Assembly (NCBI GenBank): GCA_951406725.2
Contig: OX597817.1
Coordinates: 117,882,001 to 117,944,000 of the forward strand
Reading direction: 5' to 3'
DNA from: Octopus vulgaris
Lineage: Eukaryota
Length of the DNA: 62,000 nucleotides
The notes under the pieces are model-generated. The model saw only the letters and a program-made list of their open reading frames with translations, searched no databases and was not told the origin of the DNA. The number at the start of each line of letters is the position of its first letter. Position 1 is the first letter of the stretch. A program made the position numbers and the translations under genes. Of this stretch, positions 1-9,738 are shown one piece after another.

Positions 1-318
1 AAAATTATTGATGTTGTCAGTAATATTCCCAATTATATTCTGAAAACATCTACATTTCCTTCGGGTTATATCTTACGATTTGAGTAAAGGACTCATTACA
101 CAATGTAGTATAGTATGGTAGTTCACTGCTAAAACACAGTTGGGCAATGGTTTGCTTAATTATGTGTGACTTGAAATTAAACAGCAGCAGCAAAAGAAGC
201 ATCAATATTTCTGATTTGTATAAAAATTATAGTTCAAAAATTTAAAGAGGCAGCCTTATATATTCATATAACGTGTTTGTGTGTGTGTGTGTGTAACTGA
301 GAGAGAGAGAGAGAGAAA

Positions 319-1622
319 GGGAGAAAGAGTCGGTTTGGGAGGTTGAAAAATGCACCTGAATTTACTTTTGACAAATTTTTGTGTTTCAATGGTAAATAAA
401 AGAAGTTTAGGGGAGATTGAATATACAAGGAAAACCTCCGAAAAAAATTATGTTTAAACGATCAAAAATTTATACAAATTCCAATATTTATTACGTTTCA
501 CAGAGCTAGATAGAAATAACTGTTCAGATGTTCGATGACTTTCATAACAACCATAAATGACTGAAAGTTCATTCACATTGAGTTTTATTGCTAATTAATT
601 TTGTAGTGCATGAAGGCGGTTTCTTTGTCACAGGTTTTGCTTGTAAGTGTTTCAGCAGTTGTAAGCTGAAATTACTTAGTATAAGTAGGTTTTAAGAGTT
701 TCAAAATCTGACTAATTGTAAACTGAATGACGTCACTTGTTTTTGTTCTCCTGTGGTCTAGGATATTGACTGGGTGGCTGCCTGAATATGTCACTCATTA
801 TTCGGATGTTTGATAATAGTCTAGCGTTCTGCTTGAATTCCTGGTCACGTCATTTGTTAATCGATTGTTTTAATCACTTGGTTTTGGCCAAGACAGATCC
901 AGTGCTCTCATTCATTGGTGTACTGCATACGCTATTTGTTTTTGTTAAAAGTCTTGCTAAGTTGCTTTTATGTCACTGTCTTTCTGCGTTCCGGCTAGTC
1001 GATTACTTTGAGAAGCTACTGGACTCGGTTACCACAACGATTTTTTCTTGAGTGTCTGGGTATAATAGAAAATAAAATCTAATTGATTAAGCCTGGAGCC
1101 TGAGAAGGTGCAATGTATTACTATACAGCAGTTTGGAGTTAGGGTTTCGAATCGCGGGCGCCGCCGGCTACATAAACATTTGTTTTATATCTGTTGTTTA
1201 TAGAGGTTTTTTTGTGAATAAATTAAGTTTTCCTATACTAGTGTTTTGTTATACAGTATTTAGTAATGATTTACATCACTTACTAAACATATTTTTTCGT
1301 ATTCAATCGAAAATGCGCTGAAGTATTTCCTGTGCATTAAAACAGAGGGAAAAGTTCGTGTTTTGGGTATTTGCTTGCGGGCAAAAATTTTGGAGTTTAC
1401 TTACTGCAACATTCATAGATATGCGGTCCCGAATCTGTTGCCTGTGTACCATATTTCTGTCCATCAAATCTAATACAATCATTTGAAAGTGTATTACTGT
1501 TGAAAATGAATATATCGTTGAAACTGGTTTGGTACTTTGATAAATCTTTTAGAATACTTAAAAACTACAACACGTTTTAAGGTTCAGGTACGTTTTCAAC
1601 CCCCAGAACCAACTTTCTCCCT
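319..1622. repeat. Diverged ~40-bp inverted repeat pair (319-360 and 1583-1622)
   Basis: Left arm GGGAGAAAGAGTCGGTTTGGGAGGTTGAAAAATGCACCTGAA aligns with the reverse complement of the right arm, GGGAGAAAGTTGGTTCTGGGGGTTGAAAACGTACCTGAA. Both arms abut (GA)n/(CT)n tracts. Confidence 0.55.
490..1050 (-). mobile_element. Possible highly decayed PLE 3' end (GIY-YIG-like remnant followed by a degenerate hammerhead-like motif)
   Basis: Minus-strand frames give only faint echoes of a GIY-YIG C-terminus (e.g. GSVLAKTK*LKQSINK, QLTTAETL). Downstream, at 490-529, is CTGA-ACAG...CTGT-GAAA-CG-TA, a hammerhead-like layout missing the NGA of the core. No intact motif. Confidence 0.25.
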
Positions 1623-2041
1623 CTATCTCTCTCAGTTTTTCTATCTATCTCTCTATGTATATATATGTGTGCGTGTGTTTGCGTGAACATATATGTGTGC
1701 CAATGTCTGTGTGTGTATTGCAGTTATCAAAGAAATTACCACATACCAAAATGATATATTTATTTTACTCCTTGTACTTGAATGAATAACATATACTCAG
1801 ATTGCCTGCGTACAGACATATCGTTCATATTTGTAATGTACACGTAAATAGTACTTCTTATCCTTTATATATTTACACGTATACATAATCGGAAATAAAA
1901 GCACTTCTGAGGGCAATATAAATCTGCATTACTCTGTATTCTTTACATTCAGGGAAAATATTCTCACCTGCTTCTATTTAATCTGTTACCAGATTTGATT
2001 TAGCAAACAATTATTGCTCTACAAAATTTATTTTGATTCTG

Positions 2042-2079
<38 letters not shown>

Positions 2080-2366
2080 AATATACATGGAAGACTGCAG
2101 GTCATATATCTCACAGTTGCAATTTGCTCCCGGCATTTTGCCTGACACGTCAGTTTTGTTACAACTGATATCTGGGCAAGAGTTATTCATTTATACAAAA
2201 TGTTAGAAATTTATATTTAGATAAGGATTATTTTCACCAAATAATGATAATTTCCAAAAGGTTTCAAGCAAAATAATATAAAGCAGCATCTGTACTTATG
2301 TTTACGTTCGTGGTTGTGGTAAGAAGCTACATACATTAGATTCATACATTCGTATATGTACAAATC

Positions 2367-2410
<44 letters not shown>

Positions 2411-4327
2411 TTTATATAGACATACACTCATATACATATGTAGGTATATTTTGTATGTATATAATCACAAACATACATATAAATAGTATAAACTACTTGG
2501 CAATGTTTCACCAAAACAAGATAATCATAATTTTCACTAAATGTGACTAGGCTGTTACTAAACACTTACATTGCTAAAAAAAGACCTAAACCACTGTAAC
2601 GAGGTAGTCAGCGCACATTATGGAAACATATTCACTAACGGGGACCATAATCGTCCGAAAAATGCCGATCGTGAATTCTTAATACTGAGGCCAATTTCGA
2701 CAATTTCCGTTATTTCATCTGCTAAGGCCGCTCGATTTTTCGGCTATTTTCGAACTAGCTTCGCCCTGAATATTTATGTTTTCGTTATCCAAATTAAAAG
2801 ATGATTTAGCGATTCGCTAATGTGTATATATAAAATTAATATAAACAGCAGTTTGCAATGTTTCACCCAAAATGAGAATTATAATTGTCATTAAATGGGA
2901 CTAGTGTGTTCGGAAATATGTATATATATATATATATATATACATACATACATGCGTATAATAAGGGACTTCCAATATGCTAGAAGAATATGCTAAGCGG
3001 ACATCTAATATGCTAGAAGAAGATCATCTACGATCTAACTACAAAGAAAAGAATATTCTCTAGAGAATACCAGAACAAAAGGGGGTAAGACTGATGAAAA
3101 TATACAAAATACAGAATCAATCGTAAACACAAATAGAACTGATAGTGTAAATTTTGTAATTATATCTAATGATAATTTCCCTGAACTAGATTTTGATACG
3201 TTAGATAAAGTTAATTCCGACTGTGAAATTGACAATACCTTGAAGATATTTAGTAATAATTCTGCCTTATCACCTATCTTCGGATGTTAATTGTACTGAG
3301 ATTTTGTACATTTTTCTATATATAAATATGCTGGCACACAATGGAAACGATCGTCACTAATGCATGGTGTAATCATCAAGTGAAGATGTAATATTTTCCC
3401 TCCTTCCCGTTCTTGTTATATATACGTATATATGTATATGCAATTAGGACACGTGCAAATGCCATGCAATGGAAAAAAATAAGAAGTCTTGTTTAAGAAA
3501 GGATGATAGGATGATTTGCATTTTTATAGCATTCATAAGTTAGTTTTGTTTAACTATTCTTGACGTTCGTCTACATTCAGTTCCTCATCTTTCGCCGCTT
3601 GTTTCTCCCTTCTTTCTTCACCTCTCCCCACTCTGTCTCTCTCATTCTTAAGCCACCTCCCATTCACCTTACCTTACTAACTAATGTATAACGAATGAAT
3701 ATATAGATCGCAAAATAAGACCGATAGCTAAAGTTGTTGATCCAATATTGGCCAGAACGAGCAGGGCTTTGGCGTAATTTATTCCATCCTTTGATAACAT
3801 ATGTATCTTATCATAATGCACCTGGTGCACGCTGACGCGTTCGCAATTTCTGAGACGGTATGGTGTTATTTCACAGGTATTTGAATGTCAAATGCACGTG
3901 CTCCAACAACCGTGAAGATACTTCCTTGTTAGCTACAGAGAATGATTTTATTGATGTTCATGTCATTGTCCTTGTTATTGTTGCAGTTATTGCTGCTGTT
4001 GTTGATTCCCTATCAATCTATGAAATGAAGGAGTTAATCTCCGTGGCTACAAATTTCAAACGGAATATATACTTCTGTGCTAATCAGTGACCATTTCCTG
4101 ACATTCCTAACCACATCAATAATATACTACACCTGTGCGATTGCGCGTGAATCCACAAGAACCCGATGAGAGCAAATGAATATAATCTATACGCTATAAA
4201 ACTTGTTTATGGAGACACGTACACACGGAAGTTATATTAATTTCAAAGTAATATATTTGGAATATTAAATGCTAAATACACATTACTTGAAGTATGTAGA
4301 TGACATATACAGGAAAACATTTACTAT

Positions 4328-4370
<43 letters not shown>

Positions 4371-4458
4371 AGGAAAAATTTTTTTAAAAATGCAGAATGC
4401 TCAAATGAAAGAAAATTTTAATAAAATGAGAAAATGATAAAATATATAAATATATATT

Positions 4459-4499
4459 TATTCAACCGGTTTTCGTCATTGTATGACTTGTCAAGAATA
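4459..4499 (-). ncRNA. Minimal type-I hammerhead-like motif, U3-A8 variant (3' pLTR of PLE-A)
   Basis: Minus strand reads UAUUC-UUGACAA-GUCAU(ACA)AUGAC-GAAA-ACCGG-UU-GAAUA. Stem I is 5 bp, stem II is 5 bp, and AACCGGUU is palindromic. Confidence 0.7.
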
Positions 4500-5133
4500 T
4501 TTATGTTTTAAGAAGTTTTTTTAAAAATTAGAAAGGGGAAAAAAAGAAAATTGCATTGTTTTTTGTAAAAGAATAATGATAAAAATGTACAAAAATTAAA
4601 AAATAAGTTCTCCGATACATTGTGAGTTCGTTGTGTATCTTGAGTTTTTATGGTTGTTTACCAAAAAATTACATTGAGGTGTTAAGATCCAAAGGGATTA
4701 AGAGCATGTGATGTGTTGTGTTGTTAAATTCAGCATGTTGCAGGACAGGAAGTAGTAGTAATTGTGGTCCTGGTTCTTCAGTTCCTGTGTTGTGAGTAAG
4801 GGGAGACAACTCTTTTGAGTTCTTCAATAAAACCCAAAATTATAAAACTATCATTTTAGCTTCATTTGCATTATCTTTTTTATATAATTGCTTGTAAACT
4901 TAACTTTCAGATTTTAACACTTTATTTATATTATTTTCTAATAATATAAATCTGCATAGACAATTGCATTTCAAATTGTCATATCATTTATAATAAAAAT
5001 GATAGTAATAACAACAATAGTAAAAATGATATTTAAAGAATATAAGTTTTAGCTTGAAGTGATGAATGCATGGTATCTTTATATATTTGTGTTAGTCCAT
5101 CCATGAAGAGTGAGGTAGAGAAAGGAAGTTTGA

Positions 5134-6105
5134 TCAACGAGGAGTTTGCATATTAAGTTGTGTTTGGAATTTTTCAATAAAGGGATTCTCCTTGTTAATT
5201 CTCTCCTGTGTGGTGATCCCGTCTTTACATTGGTAGAAGGGGAATATATAGAATTTGGGGTTTAAGTCTTTAGCACATGAGTCTAAGTGGTCACTCAGTG
5301 GAATTTGTCGGTATTCCGGGAGGTTTATTTGTTCTTTATGCACCGTTACTCGTTTACGTAACGGGAGACTCGTTTGTCCAACATAATTATGTTGGCAACC
5401 AGCGCATGTGAGAACGTAGATAAGGTTCTCGGAGGAACAGGAGAAGTTAGTCTTGATTTTAAACTTCGTACCTTGTTTGAAGGTAAATTCAGAGCCTTCA
5501 AGTAGAAAGGGGCAGGTACCACAGTTTGAGCGTGCACATTTTTTTACTGTTGGGGGTGGATGTGGTGTGTGAAGTTTGGCATTTGTCAAGAGTTTTTTTA
5601 AAGATTTGTGTTGCCTTTTGCATTTGAGGATTTTGTGTGTATTTATAATGTTTTTCATTTTTGGGTCTGTTGACAGTAGACTGAGGTTTTGTATGATTGT
5701 GGTGTATGCTTCGATATTTTTGGGGTTGTGGGTGGAAATGTATGGAAGTATTTTGAGGTTGTGTGTGGTGTTAGGTTGGGTGGTTTTCAGTGTAGTGTTG
5801 TCTAGTTCTTTGGCGCGTTTTATTCCATACTCTATAAGGGTGGAGGGATATTGACGTTGTAATAGTGTTTTTTTGAGGTCTTGAAGGCGTATTTCTCGTG
5901 TTTTTGGATCCGAGACAATGGTGCATACCCTTTTAGCTAAATTGAAAGGGATATTTGTCTTGGTGTGTTTTGGGTGGCATGAACTAAAGAGGAGGTATTG
6001 TTGTGAGTCTGTAGGTTTGTGGTAGATGTCTGTTATGATTTGGTTCTTAGATGTTTTTATAATTAGGAGATCAAGGAATGGGAGATGATGTTTGCTTAAT
6101 TCCAT
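5134..6105 (-). CDS. PLE-A RT thumb + Cys linker + GIY-YIG endonuclease
   Basis: Motifs LPFLDL, YHKPTDSQQYL..SCHP, CARSNCGTC, LIYVLTCAGCQHNYVGQT and R...H...I...LSDH (CCHH). Confidence 0.95.
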   Translation of the reverse strand: MELSKHHLPFLDLLIIKTSKNQIITDIYHKPTDSQQYLLFSSCHPKHTKTNIPFNLAKRVCTIVSDPKTREIRLQDLKKTLLQRQYPSTLIEYGIKRAKELDNTTLKTTQPNTTHNLKILPYISTHNPKNIEAYTTIIQNLSLLSTDPKMKNIINTHKILKCKRQHKSLKKLLTNAKLHTPHPPPTVKKCARSNCGTCPFLLEGSEFTFKQGTKFKIKTNFSCSSENLIYVLTCAGCQHNYVGQTSLPLRKRVTVHKEQINLPEYRQIPLSDHLDSCAKDLNPKFYIFPFYQCKDGITTQERINKENPFIEKFQTQLNMQTPR

Positions 6106-6188
6106 AGTGAATTGGATGTTGGGATGTATGTTGTTTAGTATGGTTTTGAATTCCAGGAGTTTTCATAAGGTTCTTTCCATATGATGAA

Positions 6189-7232
6189 TCAATCATCTAA
6201 ATACCTTTTCCAGTTTTCCATTAGGTAGGTGTGGAAAACATGTCCAAATTTCTGGCTTGATATTTCATAGAGTGACAGTTCGAAGTAACCCATTATGAGG
6301 TTCGCAAGGACTGGTGCAGCCTTGGTACCCATCGCAATGCCACATTTTTGACGGTAGTGTGTGTCGTCGAAGAGAAAAAAATTGTTTGTCAGAATGAACT
6401 TAAGAGATTCTGTAATAAAAGACTTGTTAATGCGGTCAGGGAATGTCTCTGGGTGTTTTTCTAGCCAGAAGTCAATTGCCTCTATACCATACTCATGTGG
6501 AATGTTGGTGTAGAGGTTGATGACATCAAAGGATACCAGGAGTGCCTCCTCGTTAACTGTTTTCGGGAGGTGTTTGAGCATGTCCAGATCATCCCTAATG
6601 AAACTTTTGATGTGGGTAAGGAAAGGTTTCAAAAGGATGTCTAGGAAGTTACTCAGGCGGTGTGTTTCACAGGAGGTACCAGCCACGATGGGCCTTAGTT
6701 TTAGGTCCTCCGGTGCTTTGATGTTGATGTGGATGTCAGTGGAGAGTTTGCAGGATTCGGTGATGTATTTGTTTTTATGGATTTTAGGAAGGCCATAAAA
6801 AAGGCTGGGCTTGCATTTGAAAATGGTGATATAATCCCTTTCTTTTTCTGTGAGTCCCTGACCGTGTTGGCGTATGAGTGTGGTGAGGTTTCTGATTGTT
6901 TTTTGCTGTTTGTAGTTGTTAATAACCTCATAGAAAATGTTATTGTTAAGCATGGAGAACACTAGGTGTTTATAAAATTCCGTGTCCATAAGGACCACAG
7001 CACTCCCTTTGTCCGCTTCTTTGATGGTGAGGTTTTTATCCAGTTGTATGTCACGTAGGTTTTCCCATTCTTCCTTACTGAAATTGGATTTTACCTTGGT
7101 TTTGCTTGGGGTAAAGGGGAGACTCTGGATGTGTTTACAGAAATCGTCCAGTGTTTTATTTCTCCCTTTTGGTGGTAGGAAGTTGCTTTTATTTCTGATC
7201 AATGAATCGTCCCCATTGTTGATATCTGTCAA
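6189..7232 (-). CDS. PLE-A reverse transcriptase core
   Basis: Motifs IKEADKGSAVVLMD, FYGLPKIHK, LRPIV, LVSFDVINLYTNIP, YRQKCGIAMGTKAAPVLANL and WKRYLDD. Confidence 0.95.
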   Translation of the reverse strand: MTDINNGDDSLIRNKSNFLPPKGRNKTLDDFCKHIQSLPFTPSKTKVKSNFSKEEWENLRDIQLDKNLTIKEADKGSAVVLMDTEFYKHLVFSMLNNNIFYEVINNYKQQKTIRNLTTLIRQHGQGLTEKERDYITIFKCKPSLFYGLPKIHKNKYITESCKLSTDIHINIKAPEDLKLRPIVAGTSCETHRLSNFLDILLKPFLTHIKSFIRDDLDMLKHLPKTVNEEALLVSFDVINLYTNIPHEYGIEAIDFWLEKHPETFPDRINKSFITESLKFILTNNFFLFDDTHYRQKCGIAMGTKAAPVLANLIMGYFELSLYEISSQKFGHVFHTYLMENWKRYLDD

Positions 7233-7240
7233 AGCTTCTG

Positions 7241-8905
7241 TTAGGCGAAGTTTTCTGCAGAATTCAGAAACGTCATCCTTGACCTCCGGGGGTTGGGTGT
7301 TCTTGGGGTGGGTGTGAATTTCAAACCTCTTGCTAGGATGTTGATTTGGGTTGGTGTCAGTGTTTTGCTGGAGAGGTTTATAATTTTTGTTTTCTTATTT
7401 TGGGTTTGTGTTAGCGGTGGTGTTTGTATTTTTCCCCTCTGTCTAAAAAATGGTTGTTGAGGTAAGGGGTGTATTCTTTGTAAAAGTTCTGGTTGTATGT
7501 GTAGGAGTGTTTTTGGGTGGGGAGGTTGGAGGGGGTAGGTAGTTGTCGTATTTGTGTTGGTATGGGATGCGATGGTGTAAGGATTTGTGAGAAATGCGAT
7601 GGGTTTGTGGGTGTGTGTCTGGTAGATTGTATGGGGGATGTAGGGGGGTATGTAGTTGTGGTGATTGGGTTCGTGTGGGATGTGAGGGTTTGGAGATCTG
7701 TAGGAGATGTGGTAGGAATGTGGTTGTTGGATGGGTGGACTATAGGGGGTTCGTTGGGTGGGTCTTATATGTATCGGTGTGGGTAGGATGCCTTGTTTGT
7801 TATTAGTGTGAGGGAGGGGAGCCTTGAGGGGGGGATAATTTCTAGTGTATGGGAGGTTCTTGAAGGTTCTAATCGGTGGGGGAGGGGTGTTAGAGTGATT
7901 GGAAAACCAGGTTTTGTGGTGGGTCTTGTTTGAGATGTTTCGGGGGGGAAAAGGTTTTTTATATGGTAGGTGGAGGTTGTGTCCTGTTAGGAGGGGGTTT
8001 GGAGAGTATGTGTATTTGAGGTGCGGTTTGGAATGGTGTTTATGGGGTACAGTGGAAGTCTGTGTTGTGGGTACTTTTATGAATGGGTTTTTGGATTTAT
8101 GGTTTAATATGAATTGTGTTTCATAGTTGAGGAAGAAATCTTTGTTGTTTTCCCAGCGTTTGAGGGAGGTTCGTTCTTCCTTTTCACATTCATCTTTCCA
8201 TAGTTTAATAACAAGTTCGAGGGGCTGTTCGTTGGTGTGTGAGGTTAGTTCTAGAAGTATCTCATCGTCTATTTTTGTGTATTTTTGTTCGTGGTTTTGT
8301 GCTCTGAGTTTTAGAAGTTCTACTTCGGTTTTCATTTTTTCCAATGTTAGTTTTTCTCTTAGGGAGCGTTGTTTTTCAGGTTCGTCTGGGATGTGTTTGA
8401 TTTGGAATTTTCGGGGTAGTATGATAGGGGAGGAGTTTAACCATTTGTCGTAAATTTCAGCTTTGTTTTGGTTTTTGAGCATGTTCCAGAAGAGAAGTTT
8501 TCTGTTGTGTAGTTTCTTAGTCCAAGTAGTGATGATCTGGTTTTTAATGCGTTGTGCTGGGGTTGAAATGTGTTCCTTCTGTGTGTTGAGTGGTGTCTGA
8601 GGTCTCTTTGGCGTTGAATTGGTAAGTAGAGTTTTCAGTGTAGTGTTGATTTCATTTAGGTTTACATCTATCTTATCCGAAAGTAGAGTTTTCAGTGTAG
8701 TGTTGATTTCGTTTAGGTTTACATCAATTTTATCCGAAAGTTGTTGATGATGCTTGTTGTTTTCTGAGTTGTCCCGGGATTGAAGGAGGAGTTCGTCAAT
8801 TTTTTTGGAGAATGTAAGTAGATGTGTATTGAGTACTTTGAGTTCTTTTAGAATGGTCTTATTGGTGACTGTCTCTGTAAGAGTGCTCTTGTTTTTCGGA
8901 GGCAT
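7241..8905 (-). CDS. PLE-A N-terminal segment: coiled-coil-like and helical region, Pro/His/Thr-rich linker, then the start of the PLE RT N-terminal domain
   Basis: 554-aa ORF ending in IINLSSKTLTPTQINILARGLKFTPTP, the typical PLE NLS..L....L.KGL.F.PTP motif. It contains an in-frame 19-aa duplication. Confidence 0.85.
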   Translation of the reverse strand: MPPKNKSTLTETVTNKTILKELKVLNTHLLTFSKKIDELLLQSRDNSENNKHHQQLSDKIDVNLNEINTTLKTLLSDKIDVNLNEINTTLKTLLTNSTPKRPQTPLNTQKEHISTPAQRIKNQIITTWTKKLHNRKLLFWNMLKNQNKAEIYDKWLNSSPIILPRKFQIKHIPDEPEKQRSLREKLTLEKMKTEVELLKLRAQNHEQKYTKIDDEILLELTSHTNEQPLELVIKLWKDECEKEERTSLKRWENNKDFFLNYETQFILNHKSKNPFIKVPTTQTSTVPHKHHSKPHLKYTYSPNPLLTGHNLHLPYKKPFPPRNISNKTHHKTWFSNHSNTPPPPIRTFKNLPYTRNYPPLKAPLPHTNNKQGILPTPIHIRPTQRTPYSPPIQQPHSYHISYRSPNPHIPHEPNHHNYIPPYIPHTIYQTHTHKPIAFLTNPYTIASHTNTNTTTTYPLQPPHPKTLLHIQPELLQRIHPLPQQPFFRQRGKIQTPPLTQTQNKKTKIINLSSKTLTPTQINILARGLKFTPTPRTPNPRRSRMTFLNSAENFA

Positions 8906-9073
8906 TCTGAATCACACGTGTGGTAGAGGGTACAGATCAATAAATGGTGGGGTTGTGTTGACCGCACGTGGAGAAATGATAAGTAAGGAAAAATTTTTTT
9001 AAAAATTCAGAATGCTCAAATGAAAGAAAATTTTAATAAGATGAGAAAATGATAAAATATATAAATATATCTT

Positions 9074-9114
9074 TATTCAACCGGTGTTCGTCATTGTATG
9101 ACTTGTCAAGAATA
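9074..9114 (-). ncRNA. Hammerhead-like motif, U3-A8 variant (upstream pLTR of PLE-A; GAAC allele)
   Basis: Same layout as 4459-4499 but with GAAC-ACCGG-UU. Confidence 0.6.
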
Positions 9115-9423
9115 TTTATGTTTTAAGAAGTTTTTTTAAAAATTAGAAAGGGGAAAAAAAGAAAATTGCATTGTTTTTTGTAAAAGAATGCTGAATTTAA
9201 CAACACAACACATCACATGCTCTTAATCCCTTTGGATCTTAACACCTCAAGGTAATTTTTTGGTAAACAACCATAAAACTCAAGATACACAACGAACTCA
9301 CAATGTATCGGAGAACTTATTTTTTAATTTTTGTACATTTTTATCATTATTCTTTTACAAAAAACAATGCAATTTTCTTTTTTTCCCCTTTCTAATTTTT
9401 AAAAAAACTTCTTAAAACATAAA

Positions 9424-9464
9424 TATTCTTGACAAGTCATACAATGACGAAAACCGGTTGAATA
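9424..9464 (+). ncRNA. Hammerhead-like motif, U3-A8 variant (inverted pLTR of PLE-A)
   Basis: TATTC 9424-28, TTGACAA 9429-35, GTCAT/ATGAC stem, GAAA 9449-52, ACCGG, TT, GAATA 9460-64. Confidence 0.7.
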
Positions 9465-9595
9465 AATATATATTTATATATTTTATCATTTTCTCATTTT
9501 ATTAAAATTTTCTTTCATTTGAGCATTCTGCATTTAAAAAAAAATTTTTCCTTACTTATCATTCCTCCACGTGCGGTCAACACAACCCCACCATT

Positions 9596-9672
<77 letters not shown>

Positions 9673-9706
9673 CATACATATATATATATATATACATTTA
9701 TGCGCG

Positions 9707-9738
<32 letters not shown>

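Larger units (their letters stand above)
5134..8905 (-). pseudogene. Interrupted single PLE polyprotein (~1257 aa if repaired): N-terminal extension + RT + GIY-YIG endonuclease
   Basis: The three ORF segments join into one frame with two single-base insertions, one in the G5 run at 7288-7292 (restores PNPPEVKDDVSEFCRKLRL) and one in the T4 run at 6160-6163 (restores KEPYEKLLEFKTILNNIHPNIQFTMEL). One in-frame TGA at 6189-6191 must also be read through (YLDD*FIIW). Confidence 0.85.
4368..9599 (-). mobile_element. Near-full-length Penelope-like retroelement (Neptune-type; PLE-A) with a 3' pseudo-LTR, a partial upstream pLTR and an inverted pLTR, inserted in (AT)n
   Basis: RT and C-terminal GIY-YIG coding segments lie on the minus strand. 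pLTR sequence occurs at 4368-4738, again in direct orientation at 8939-9189, and inverted at 9190-9599. (AT)n tracts abut both ends (4330-4367 and ~9598-9690). A CxxxxCxxC linker (CARSNCGTC) precedes the EN domain, as in the Neptune clade. Confidence 0.95.

Noticed and set aside
4772-4781. CTGAAGA on the minus strand of the PLE-A 3' UTR
   Set aside because: No stem II or GAAA follows.
5346-9002. Plus-strand and alternative-frame ORFs overlapping PLE-A (e.g. 5576-5854, 6517-6798, 7517-7786, 8127-8453)
   Set aside because: They are shadow ORFs produced by the strong strand compositional bias of the real minus-strand frame, and they carry no motifs.
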